A stretch of 64,000 nucleotides of DNA, from the NCBI GenBank assembly GCA_964503125.1, contig CAZCZE010000021.1:13207-77206 (forward strand), read 5' to 3'. Shown one piece after another: positions 28,276-38,400 of the stretch. A model generated the notes under the pieces. That model saw only the letters and a program-made list of their open reading frames with translations. It did no database searches and was not told the DNA's origin. Position numbers and translations under genes: made by a program. The stretch is from an uncultured Gammaproteobacteria bacterium (GTDB lineage: Bacteria; Pseudomonadota; Gammaproteobacteria; Steroidobacterales; Rariloculaceae). Numbering within the stretch: position 1 is the first letter of the stretch; each line of letters begins with the position of its first letter.

Positions 28276-29634
28276 TCAGTCGACGATCGCCTGATAGGCG
28301 AGCGTCTGGAAGCGCGCCGCGAAATCGAAATCTGCAATCATGTACTGAGCCATGAGGATCAAGACGAGATCCTCCTCGGGATCGAGGATGGCCCAGGTCG
28401 ATGCGGCGCCCGCCCAGCCGAACGTGCCCTTCGATCCCAAGTTGCCGGCCTGCGCCGGGTCGAGCAGCACGGACACGCCGAGCCCGTAGGCCAGCGAGCC
28501 TCCTCCGCTAGCGCCCGGCGCGCCGATACTGATGGCGGGGATGCTCGGCGGTAGGTTGTTGCTCGTCATGAGCTCGACGGTCTTCGTGCCGAGCAACCGC
28601 TGGCCGTCGAGCTCGCCGCCGTTGACGAGCATCTGGCCGAAGCGCGCGTAGTCCATGGCCGTCGACGACATGCTCAAGCCGCCGAACGGAATGTCGGTGT
28701 AACGCGCGTAACCGCCGCCGACCGGCCCGTTCGTCGGCGCCCCGGGCGGGGGCACGCCTTCGCGCGTCTCGACGCGCACGAGGCCGGAAGCGGGATTCGT
28801 AGGGTCGTTCGGCGCGTAGTTGGCCGTGTAGCGCCCGACGTACGAGCGCGGCACGCCGAACGTCGCGTCGCTCATGCCGAGCGGCTCGAAAATGCGCTCG
28901 CGCACGAAGTCGTCGAACGGCATGCCCGAGAAATGCTCGACGAGATACGCCTGCACGTCGTGCGCGACGCTGTATACCCACTGCTCTCCCGGGTGGTAGA
29001 GCAGCGGCACCTTCGGCAGGTTCTCGGCGACGAGCTGCTCAAGCGAGGTCGTCGTGACGAAGTCGACGCCGTTCTCTGCATACGCGCGGTCGAGGACGGG
29101 CGCGGTGCCGAATCCGTAGCTGAACCCCGCCGTGTGGCGGAACACGTCGTGGATCGTGGGCTTGCGCCGCGGCGCCGCAAGAAGCATGCGCTCGCCGTCC
29201 ATGCCGTCGAGCACCTGTACGTCCTTGAACGCCGGGATGTACTTGTCGAGCGGGTCGCTGAGCTGGAACTTGCCCTCCTCGTAGAGCATGAGCAGCGCGA
29301 CGCTCGTGACGGGCTTGGTCATCGAGTAGAGCCGGAACAGGCTGTCGGCGCGCATCGGCATGTTCGTCTCGCGCTCCGCCATGCCGTAGGCCTTGAGATG
29401 CGCGACGCGCCCGCGCCGCGCGATGAGCACGACGACGCCGGCCTTGCGGCCCGCATCGACCTCGGCCTGCATCGCGGCGTCAAGTCGTGCGAGGCGCTCG
29501 GCCGAGAGGCCGACCTCGGCCGGCCGCGCCGTCGGCAGCTCGGCCGCGGTCACTGTCGACGCCGCGCCCGCGAGAAGCAGCGCCGCAACGAACGGGAGCT
29601 GTCGCGCGCGCCGGCGCGATCCCAAGGTAGCCAT
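28276..29634 (-). CDS. Serine hydrolase (beta-lactamase class C/esterase family), secreted
   Basis: YSMTKPVT (SxxK), PGEQWVYS, FGWAGAAST. Confidence 0.92.
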   Translation of the reverse strand: MATLGSRRRARQLPFVAALLLAGAASTVTAAELPTARPAEVGLSAERLARLDAAMQAEVDAGRKAGVVVLIARRGRVAHLKAYGMAERETNMPMRADSLFRLYSMTKPVTSVALLMLYEEGKFQLSDPLDKYIPAFKDVQVLDGMDGERMLLAAPRRKPTIHDVFRHTAGFSYGFGTAPVLDRAYAENGVDFVTTTSLEQLVAENLPKVPLLYHPGEQWVYSVAHDVQAYLVEHFSGMPFDDFVRERIFEPLGMSDATFGVPRSYVGRYTANYAPNDPTNPASGLVRVETREGVPPPGAPTNGPVGGGYARYTDIPFGGLSMSSTAMDYARFGQMLVNGGELDGQRLLGTKTVELMTSNNLPPSIPAISIGAPGASGGGSLAYGLGVSVLLDPAQAGNLGSKGTFGWAGAASTWAILDPEEDLVLILMAQYMIADFDFAARFQTLAYQAIVD

Positions 29635-29687
29635 GAATCCCCCTTCGTGACCGGCCGAGGGCCGGCGTTTTCCAGGCATCGTAGTCC

Positions 29688-30227
29688 GTGGCCGCGCCTG
29701 GCCGCAACGGCGAGCTCGCACTCGTCGCTCTCGACGGGCGACGCGAAGTGCTCGGCCGGCTACCGGGCACCGTCTACGCGCCGCGGCTCACGCGCGAGGG
29801 CTTGCACGTGGCGTTCGACGATCAAGCCGGCGGCACGTCGAGGGTATACGTCGCCGCGCTCGACTCGCGGCAGCCGCTGCCTTCGGTCGAAGGTGGTAGC
29901 TCATTCCCGCTCTGGTCGTTCGACGACGAGAGCGTCTTTTTCATCGCGACCCGCAACGGCGAGCAAGCGCTGTTCGCGCAGCTCGCGGACGGCACGGGTG
30001 CACCGGAGCTCATCGTGTCGCCGGCGCGCGCGCCCGAGGCCTGGACTCCGAACGGTCGCCTGCTGAATTTCATCACGCCGCGCGACGGCGACTACGCGAT
30101 CTCGGCCTGGGACGCGTTCGACCGCACCGTCACGCGGGTCTTAGGGCGTGACGGCTCGCTGCAGCACAGCAGCCACTACTCGCCCGACGGCCGGCTGCTC
30201 ATGCTGTTTTCCGGTCGACTGAGGCCG
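29688..30227 (+). pseudogene. Truncated TolB/PD40 beta-propeller gene fragment
   Basis: APRLTREG.HVAF, PLWSFDDESVFF, PEAWTPNGRLL, HYSPDGRLL repeats. No RBS or N-terminal domain; similarity stops at the direct repeat. Confidence 0.65.
30183..30227 (+). repeat. Left direct repeat of the 13.3-kb block
   Basis: cccgacggccggctgctcatgctgttt (30183-30209) is identical to 43526-43552; the next 18 nt match with 1 indel and 2 mismatches. Confidence 0.92.
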
Positions 30228-30636
30228 TTCGCGGATAGGACGGATAATCGGGTTGTGTCGGCCGATGAGCTGCGCGCGCGACTGGAGCGCGCGACGGCCT
30301 GCCGATGCCGGCATGCGCGGTGCTCGCGGTTTCCGTGGCGCTGTGTCTCCTTTGCGGCGTTCGGGTCTTCCAGCTCCCGGGACGCATCGAGGTCGCCCAG
30401 CAATACGGATATACAGCGGAGCGTGCGCCGCATTCGTCGACGAGTTGCGCGAGCGCTTGGGTCAGAACGACGCCATCGAGTCCGTCTCGATCCTGCACAA
30501 CGTAGACGGCATGCAGGGGGGGCCTCCGATCGCCATCGGGGAATTGGCGCAGGGCCAGCATTGCAAGCTTGGTAGCCTGTTCCCTTCAACGGGCGTACGC
30601 TTGGCGATTAGCTCCCCGCCAAGAGGGAGGGCCACG

Positions 30637-33600
30637 ATGAATTGTCCGCGCTGCGGAACGCCAAACCGCGACGATCGACGGTTCTGCTCCGCGTGCGGGA
30701 TGCGTTTGACCGTCGCGTGCCAGGATTGCGGCACGCAGAACGAGCCGCCCGTGCGTTTCTGCGGCGGGTGCGGCAAAGCCTTGCCGAGCGCGGACGCGGC
30801 AGCGGCGCGGAGTCCTTTCCACGATATCGAGCGCCGTCAGCTGACGGTGATGTTCTGCGATTTGGTCGGTTCGACCGCGCTGTCGCGCGAGCTCGATCCG
30901 GAGGATCTACGTGACCTGCTGCGCCGGTATCACGAGCAAACGCGGCGGGTCATCGCGCGCTACGGTGGATTCATCGCGCGTTACGTGGGCGATGGGCTCC
31001 TGATCTACTTCGGCTACCCGCATGCGCGCGAGGACGCAGCCGTGCGGGCGATCCACTCCGGCCTCGAGATCACGAGCCTGGTTCGGGAAACGGCTGAACC
31101 TCTCCGCGGCAATCCCGCCGGACTGGCAGTTCGAATCGGCATCGCAACCGGTCTCGTCGTCGTCGACGACTCGATCGGCGACCGCGTCGCCGAAGACGCT
31201 GAAGCCGTCGGCGAAACTCCGAATCTCGCTGCCCGCCTACAGGGTCTCGCGGAACCGAACAGCGTCGTCGCCGCCGACGCGACACGCGAGCTGGCAGGCG
31301 GCCTATTCGTCTACGAAGATCTCGGCCTACAGCAACTGCGCGGCTTCGACCAGCCGGTCCGCGCATGGCGCGTGCTGCGCACGAGCGAAGCCCAGAGTCG
31401 GTTCGCGGCGGCACGCGGCACCCAGCAGACACGTCTGATCGGTCGCGACACCGAGCTGGGCCTCTTGCACGGTCACTGGCGAGACGCGGCGCGCGGCGAT
31501 GGCCGGCTCGTTCTGCTCACGGGCGAGGCCGGCATCGGCAAGTCGCGGCTCGCCGAGTCTCTCGCCGATCAAATCGCCGGCGAGCCGCATGTGACCATTC
31601 GATATCAGTGCTCGCCGTATCACCTCAACACTGCGCTGCACCCTTTCATTCACCAACTGGAGCTCGCGGCGAATCTGCGGCGCAACGACGATCTCGCGAG
31701 CAAGGTCGAAAGGCTCGAAGCGTTGCTTGCCGACGCGCGCATGGAGAAGGAGGAAGGCGTTCCGCTGTTTGCCGCATTGTTGTCGCTGCCTGCGTTGGAT
31801 CGCTATCCGCGCCTACAAATGACTCCGCAACAGCAGAAGCAGAAGACTCTGGTGGCGTTGCTCGACTATGTCAGGAGCAGCGCTTCGCACAGCCCGGCAC
31901 TCCTCATTTTCGAGGATTTGCACTGGATCGACCCGACGTCCACGGAATTTTTGACTCTGCTTGCGCCGCTCGTCGCGAGCATGCCGGTTCTGGTCGTCGC
32001 GACTTCACGGTCGACGACGCAGCACGACTGGCTTCAACTACAGCACGTTCATACGCTGCAACTCGAAAGGCTCGACCGCCGCCATGCGGCGACCATGATC
32101 AGCCATCTTCTCGAGAACGAGAACCCGCCGGCCAACCTCGTGAATGAGATCATGGCGAAGACCGATGGTGTACCGCTCTTCATCGAAGAGCTCGCGAGAA
32201 CGCTACTGACGGCCGGGCTCCCGAAGGAGCACGATCCGGCGTCGCTGCGCCAGCCGGCGACGATTCCATCTACGCTGCAAGATTCGTTGATGGCGCGACT
32301 CGATCAGCTCGGCACCGCTCGAAAGGTCGCCCAAGTCGCGGCTGCCATCGGACGCGAGTTCTCTTTCGAGCTGCTGGCGGCGATCGCGCCGCTCGACGAG
32401 ACCGAGCTACGCGATGCGCTGTCGACGTTGACCGATGGAGCGGTCCTGCTCGCACGCGAGGAAGGCGCGACGACCACGTTCCAATTCCGGCACTCGCTGG
32501 TGCAAGCCGTGGCGTACTCCAGCTTGCTGCGCAGCACTCGCCGCGAGCTTCATCAACAGATCGCGGCAACTCTCGAGAGCCGCTATCCGGAGCGCGTGCG
32601 CGTCGAGCCCGAAATCATCGCGCATCACTACACCCAGGCTCACGAGGATTTGCGCGCGGCGACCTACTGGGCGGCGGCAGCGCTGCGCGCGCTCGAACGT
32701 TCGGCGTTCGTGGAAGCACAAGGACACGTCACCAAGGGACTGAGCCTGCTCGAAGGCGCCGACGAGACGGACCGCGACCGCGCTCGGTTGACGCTCAACC
32801 TCGAAGTGCTGCGCGGCGCTGTGTACCGCGCCGTGAAAGGCTTCGCCTCGTCGGGCGCAGAGCAGAGTTTCACGCACGCACTCGACTTGTGCGAGCGCCT
32901 CGGCGACACCCGCAGGCTCGTGGATGTGCGTCGCGGGTTGTTCGCCTGCTACTACTCGCGCGGCACGCATGCGCTGGCGCAGGAGCAAGGCCAAGAGGTC
33001 AAGGCATTGGCCGAACGACTCGGCGATTCGGGCGCACGCATGCTGGCTCACTGGATGCTCGGCTGCGTCGCCTTTTGGAGAGGCGAGCTCGTCGCGGCCG
33101 ATCGCGAGCTCGAGGAAGCGATCGCGCTTTATGACCCGAAGCAGCAGCAAGCGAACACGCTCGCGCTACAGATCGATCCGGGCGCCAACGCGCTCTGCCA
33201 TCGCGGCTGGCTGCAGTGGACGCTCGGTTATCCGGACCGCGCCCTGCAGACGAGCGAGCACGCGATAAAAACAGCGCGTGACCTCAACCAACCGTTCGCT
33301 TTGTCGATGGCGCTGTTCTTTGCGATCGTCACACGCACGTGCTGCGGCGATTGGGAGATCGCGGCGCGCCAACTCGAAGAGCTTACGTCCGTGACCACGG
33401 AACACGGGCTAGAGTATCTGCGCAGCGTCGCGCGAGTGCTCAAAGGCCAGGAGCTGATCGCATCCGGCGAACTTGCGGCCGGCGTCGACGAGACGTTGCT
33501 CGCGCTCTCCGAGCTCGAAACTCAAGAGGCAGGTTTGGGAGTGCCCTGGACCTTGTCGATCCTCGCGCTCGGGTACACGCGGCTCGGCAAGACTGCCGAG

Positions 33601-33975
33601 GGCTTCGATACGCTGGACAAGGCGTTCGCAGTGGCCGAGCGAAACGGCGAACGCCACTGGGAAGCCGAGCTGCACCGCCAGCGTGGCGACCTGCTGCTGT
33701 TAGGCCCATCGCCCGATCAGACGGAAGCCGAGCGCTGCTACCGAAACGCGATGCAGGTCGCGCACCTCCAAGGCGCGACGTCGCTCGAGCTGCGGGCCGC
33801 GATGAGCCTCGCCCGGTTGCTCGAGCGCCAGCGCCGGCAGGCAATGGCGCAAGACGTTCTCTCCGAGGCTCATGCCCGGCTCACCGAGGGCTTCGACACC
33901 GTCGACCTGCGCGAGGCGAGCACGCGGTTGGAATCTTTCGTCGCCGCTAGGCATGACAAGCTGCGATCTTCGTAG
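30637..33975 (+). CDS. Double zinc ribbon - class III adenylate/guanylate cyclase - STAND AAA ATPase - TPR protein
   Basis: Four CxxC pairs; FCDLVGST, YVGDG, GETPNLAARLQ; Walker A GEAGIGKS; FEDLHWID; TPR-like tail; GGAGG before ATG 30637. Confidence 0.93.
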   Translation: MNCPRCGTPNRDDRRFCSACGMRLTVACQDCGTQNEPPVRFCGGCGKALPSADAAAARSPFHDIERRQLTVMFCDLVGSTALSRELDPEDLRDLLRRYHEQTRRVIARYGGFIARYVGDGLLIYFGYPHAREDAAVRAIHSGLEITSLVRETAEPLRGNPAGLAVRIGIATGLVVVDDSIGDRVAEDAEAVGETPNLAARLQGLAEPNSVVAADATRELAGGLFVYEDLGLQQLRGFDQPVRAWRVLRTSEAQSRFAAARGTQQTRLIGRDTELGLLHGHWRDAARGDGRLVLLTGEAGIGKSRLAESLADQIAGEPHVTIRYQCSPYHLNTALHPFIHQLELAANLRRNDDLASKVERLEALLADARMEKEEGVPLFAALLSLPALDRYPRLQMTPQQQKQKTLVALLDYVRSSASHSPALLIFEDLHWIDPTSTEFLTLLAPLVASMPVLVVATSRSTTQHDWLQLQHVHTLQLERLDRRHAATMISHLLENENPPANLVNEIMAKTDGVPLFIEELARTLLTAGLPKEHDPASLRQPATIPSTLQDSLMARLDQLGTARKVAQVAAAIGREFSFELLAAIAPLDETELRDALSTLTDGAVLLAREEGATTTFQFRHSLVQAVAYSSLLRSTRRELHQQIAATLESRYPERVRVEPEIIAHHYTQAHEDLRAATYWAAAALRALERSAFVEAQGHVTKGLSLLEGADETDRDRARLTLNLEVLRGAVYRAVKGFASSGAEQSFTHALDLCERLGDTRRLVDVRRGLFACYYSRGTHALAQEQGQEVKALAERLGDSGARMLAHWMLGCVAFWRGELVAADRELEEAIALYDPKQQQANTLALQIDPGANALCHRGWLQWTLGYPDRALQTSEHAIKTARDLNQPFALSMALFFAIVTRTCCGDWEIAARQLEELTSVTTEHGLEYLRSVARVLKGQELIASGELAAGVDETLLALSELETQEAGLGVPWTLSILALGYTRLGKTAEGFDTLDKAFAVAERNGERHWEAELHRQRGDLLLLGPSPDQTEAERCYRNAMQVAHLQGATSLELRAAMSLARLLERQRRQAMAQDVLSEAHARLTEGFDTVDLREASTRLESFVAARHDKLRSS

Positions 33976-33987
33976 GAGCAGGGAAAA

Positions 33988-35490
33988 ATGACCAACAACA
34001 GACTCACGAGCAGCAAGATATTCGAGCCGATCAAGATCGGTAACGTGACGTTCGATAACCGGATCCTGCGATCGTCCGTCGGCGGACGTCATTGCACTTA
34101 CGACGGTACGGTCACCGACGTCTGGAAGAACTTCGAGACGCGCTTCGCGGAGGGCGGCGTCGGCGGAATCATCGCGACGACATTTCACGTGAATCCTCAT
34201 CGGCTTTCACCGATGCAATATCCCTCGATCGCCGACGACAAGTTCATGTTGAACCTCGAGCGGCGCATCCGCGAAATCAAGCGCGCGCGCCCGGGATTGA
34301 AGTACATCATCCAGATCGGCGACCCCGGTTACGTCACGTACGAAAGCCTTTTCAGAGATCCGAAGGACGCGCTGTCTGCGTACGGTGGATTCGATCTCGC
34401 GTTCGGCTATCAAACGTGGCGCAAACCGATGTCCGAGGGGGAAATCTGGCAATCGATCGCCGATCACGCAGAGGCCGCGAGGCGCGTGCGAGAGGTCGAC
34501 GCCGACGGCGTCGAGATCGCGGCCGCCAAAGGCTACCTGATCCACCAGTTCCTGAACCCCGGCATCAATCGCAGGCGGGACCAATGGGGCGGAAACCCCG
34601 AGAACCGGTTTCGGTTCTTTGAGGAAGTCGTCAAGGCAGTACGGAAAGCAGTCAAGGACGACTTTCTCGTCGGAGTCAGGCTCGCGGCCGCCGACCACAA
34701 CCTGAGCCCATTGGCCTTTGCGGCGATGCGCTGGCCGTCACCGTTGCTTGCGTTATCGCGAGAGCGCCGGCACGGCAACGACGAGGCGCAGATGATCGCC
34801 TACGCGCAAAAGCTGCAGAGACGAGTCGACTATCTGCACATCGTGTCGGGTTTCGGTTTCCCGAGCCCGCGCGAGACACCCGGCGACTTCCCGTACGACG
34901 AAGTCAAGATGTTCTTTCACGCGACCCATACGCTGACGGGGAAGACCCGGCTGCGATCGGGGCTGTTGACGTTGATCCCGAAGCACGTCCTGCGATGGGT
35001 GCTGTCGCGCGGGTGGAAGTACGTTCCGGCGATCAATCGCGACGCCGCAAAACGGTTCAAGGAGCAGGTGCGGGACTGCAAGGTCATCGTCAACGGCGGT
35101 TTCCGCGAGCGCGCCACGATCGAAGAAGCGCTCGACTCGGGCTCGGCCGACATGGTGTCGATGGCGCGCGCATTGCTCGCGAACCCCAACTTGCTGAACT
35201 TGCTCCGCGACGGTCACGACGCACCGAACCGTTGCTCCGGCTGCAACAAGTGCGTCGGACGGACCGGAACGAGCCCGTTGGGTTGTTACGACGTACGCCG
35301 GTTCAACGGCGATGTACAACGGATGTACGAAGAGATACTGAAATGGAACGAGCCCGATCGGTTCGACGCCGCCGACCGCGAGCCCTCCGAGCGACAGGAT
35401 GAAGAAGAAACGGCTCCGCCGCCGAATGTCGAGGTCCTGAGGGCTGAGCTCAGCCGCCTATCCCCTGGTGCGCAGCCGGCACCGAAATGA
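33988..35490 (+). CDS. NADH:flavin oxidoreductase (Old Yellow Enzyme family), atypical
   Basis: FEPIKIG...NRILRS, GYLIHQFLNP..NRR.DQWGG..ENRFRF, VNGGFR, SMARALLANP, CSGCNKC. Confidence 0.88.
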   Translation: MTNNRLTSSKIFEPIKIGNVTFDNRILRSSVGGRHCTYDGTVTDVWKNFETRFAEGGVGGIIATTFHVNPHRLSPMQYPSIADDKFMLNLERRIREIKRARPGLKYIIQIGDPGYVTYESLFRDPKDALSAYGGFDLAFGYQTWRKPMSEGEIWQSIADHAEAARRVREVDADGVEIAAAKGYLIHQFLNPGINRRRDQWGGNPENRFRFFEEVVKAVRKAVKDDFLVGVRLAAADHNLSPLAFAAMRWPSPLLALSRERRHGNDEAQMIAYAQKLQRRVDYLHIVSGFGFPSPRETPGDFPYDEVKMFFHATHTLTGKTRLRSGLLTLIPKHVLRWVLSRGWKYVPAINRDAAKRFKEQVRDCKVIVNGGFRERATIEEALDSGSADMVSMARALLANPNLLNLLRDGHDAPNRCSGCNKCVGRTGTSPLGCYDVRRFNGDVQRMYEEILKWNEPDRFDAADREPSERQDEEETAPPPNVEVLRAELSRLSPGAQPAPK

Positions 35491-38400
35491 CGGCGGCCGC
35501 TGCGCATTCGCCGAGGCGGCGGTAGCTTTCCCACTGCTCGTCGGTGAAGAACTGGTCGAGCGTCGAATCGTGCGGAAAATGCAGATTGCGGGCCGCGTAT
35601 GAACGGAGGTCGAGCGGCATATCGCCAAGCCGGCTCGCATTGATCATCAACAACCAACACGGCGTCCCACCGTTATCGTAGTCGACGCGCGCCAACGCGC
35701 TGGAGTGACGTCCGAGACGCCCGATCTCCCACAGAGACCCGACGCCGGCGGGGTCGACCCACTCTCGAACCCACTTTGGAACGTGGCCGTTCGGGTCGAG
35801 AGCGGACCAACGGCCACCACCGGGCGGCGCTGGTCTCGGCTCGAGCCAACTGATCTCGGCGCCGAAGTCCAAACGGGCGCGCCGCATGAGCAGCGCGATC
35901 GCCGCCAGCTGATAGTCCTTATCCTCCGTCGCATTCGCGCAGATCATCAAAGCCACACGCCGGCGCAGCAACTCGTAGACGCCGGTCTCCTCGAAGTGCC
36001 CGCCGTCGCTCAGATACCAAAGCCGCTCGGAGGGTCCCGTGAAGTACCCCCGCCACTCGTTCAAGATCGCCGCGTGCGCGGGGAATATCCGCGCAACCGA
36101 GGACTTCAGGCGCCGCAGCAGTGCCGGCGGGTAGCGGCCGGGCCTCGCGCCGCCTTCGATGCCGGAGTTCCACCAATAGCCGAGCCGGATGTTGAACAAG
36201 CCGAGCAGCAGCGACGTCGGCAGGCTGGTGTGCCGCCCCAAGCCGGTCCCGAGCGCCGCGCCGGACGTCGAGATCCACTGGCTCAGCATGAGCGGCTCCA
36301 CGGGCGCCGGCTCGCCGCTGCGCTGTGCGAGCACATGAAATGCGCCCGGATCCGTGCCGCTCGTGACGGCCGTGAGGCCCGCCCGGAGCGCATGCGGGTC
36401 GTCCGCATCGGGTTCCCACAGCGCGTGGAACCGTCTACCGACGCTGACACCGCTCGGACCGACACACATCGACAGACCTTTGTCGAGACGCAACGGGCGT
36501 GCCGAGGCTGCATCGACCGTCTCGTTGACGCAGGCGTTGATGAGGTGCAGCGGTCCGCCGTAACGCTGTGGGTCGTACTCATCGAACGGCAAGTCGTCCC
36601 CGGGATCCGCCGCCTGCACTTCCGAGTTCGCGTCCGCGGGCCTTGCATGCACGCGGGTTGGGTTCGCGGCTCCGAGGAAAGCGCGGCTCAAGCGCGCGGC
36701 ATACAGCGCCTGCAACGAGAGCGTGTTCGGAAAGTCGCTCGACTGCCCGATCGCGAGCGACAGCCCGAGCGCGGCGAGCAACAGCCAGATCCCGAGAGTG
36801 CGGCTCGACTCGAATGCCGAGTGCACGAGAAGATCCAGGGTGAACAGCAGGAAGCCGAGCAACACGAACGCCAGCACCCACCGCACGAATCGGCGCAACC
36901 AGCGACTCAGAACGGAGAACGACCCTTCTTCGCCGCGGACGAGATTCTCGACGAACGCGCGCAACACGGGCAGCGCGGCCGCAATGCCGGCCATGCCGAC
37001 CGTCGCCATCGGCAGCATGCCCGTCACGGTTGAGCGGCGCGCGAGCGCGTCGAGCGCTACCCAACCGGCGCAGATCGCGACGAGTAGCAAGCTTTCGCCG
37101 GCCGCGCGCGTGAGCCGGTTGCGGGCGAGATCGCCGCGCAGCTTGAGCGGCGCCGCGGCACGCCAGCGCACCGCCTCCTGCGCGACCCAAGCGAGCACCA
37201 GCAGCAACAAGGCGAGCGGCGCGTAGGGCCGCAACTGCGGCACGCCGAGCGCGGATACCGCGGCCGCGAGCCCGAACAACCAGACTGGAATCGAGGCGCG
37301 CGGATGCTCCAGCGTGCTGGCGCGCGGCGGAGCGAGCCAGTACGCGAGCGTAGTCGGCACGAGCGCGACTGCGGCCACGACGACCGGCAGCCACCACCAG
37401 GGCCCGAGCGGGATCCCGAGCAGCGTCACGCCGTCGATCTGCGCGAACACCGTGTCGGCGGCCAACCGCAAAGTCGCGAGCGCCGCGACGAAGAATGCGC
37501 CGATGCACACGTGCACCGCGAGCAGGTTGCGCCAGATCGTCGCGATGTTCGACGTCAAGTCCGAGCGACCTTCGCCCGAGATGTAGTTTGCATGCGTGCG
37601 GAGCCACCACATTTCCGGGGAACCCGTATCGGCGAGCGCGGCTTGCACGCGTCGCGGCATGTGAGCCATGTCCTTGCCGCGCATGAACAGTCTGCCGAGA
37701 AAGGCCCCGATATAGCCGCCTCCCGATACGGTCGATAGGAAATCGATGCCGCGGAACCGATCGCAGCGCGCGAGCGCCTGCACGACGCCCAGCGCGAAGG
37801 TCGCACTGCGGATACCGCCGCCCGACAGAGCGAGCCCGACCGCGTCCGCGGGCAACTTTGCGTCGGCCGGGTTCGCCGGAGGCGGCGGTGGCCGATCGAT
37901 CGCGAGCTCACGCCGCCTATGCACGGCCCTCGCCTCGGCGGCGCGCAGGTGACGCGGATATTCGCGGCGGTCTGCGAGCAGCACGTCGGCTGCCTTCTCG
38001 CCGATCATGAACACCGACGCAGCGATGAAGTAGCCGGGGATCTCGGGAAACACCGACGCATCGACGACGCGTAGACCCTCGACGCCGTACACCCGGAAAT
38101 CGCTCGAAACGACTGCGTCGGTCTTTTTCGTATCGGGGCGCCACGCGTCGGAACCCATGCGACACGTGCCGCACGCGTGGTGGCCCCAAGCTTGGTACTT
38201 GACCCACTCCTCGAGCACACGCGAGTAGTCCCCGGCCTGCGGGCCGGGCTGAAGCTCGGACTTGAACGGCTTGATCGTCGCGTTGAGCTTGCGCACCCAC
38301 TCGATTCCCTCGAGCAGCGTCGTGACATCCTTGTCCGCCTCCTCCGAGCTCTCGTCGAAGTAACGGAAGTTGATCACCGGCTGCTCGAACGCAGAATCCG

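Noticed and set aside
30228-30636. N-terminal extension of the cyclase ORF and small ORF 30305-30505
   Set aside because: GGAGG and ATG 30637 mark the cyclase start. The upstream frames show no motif I can support; they may be debris.
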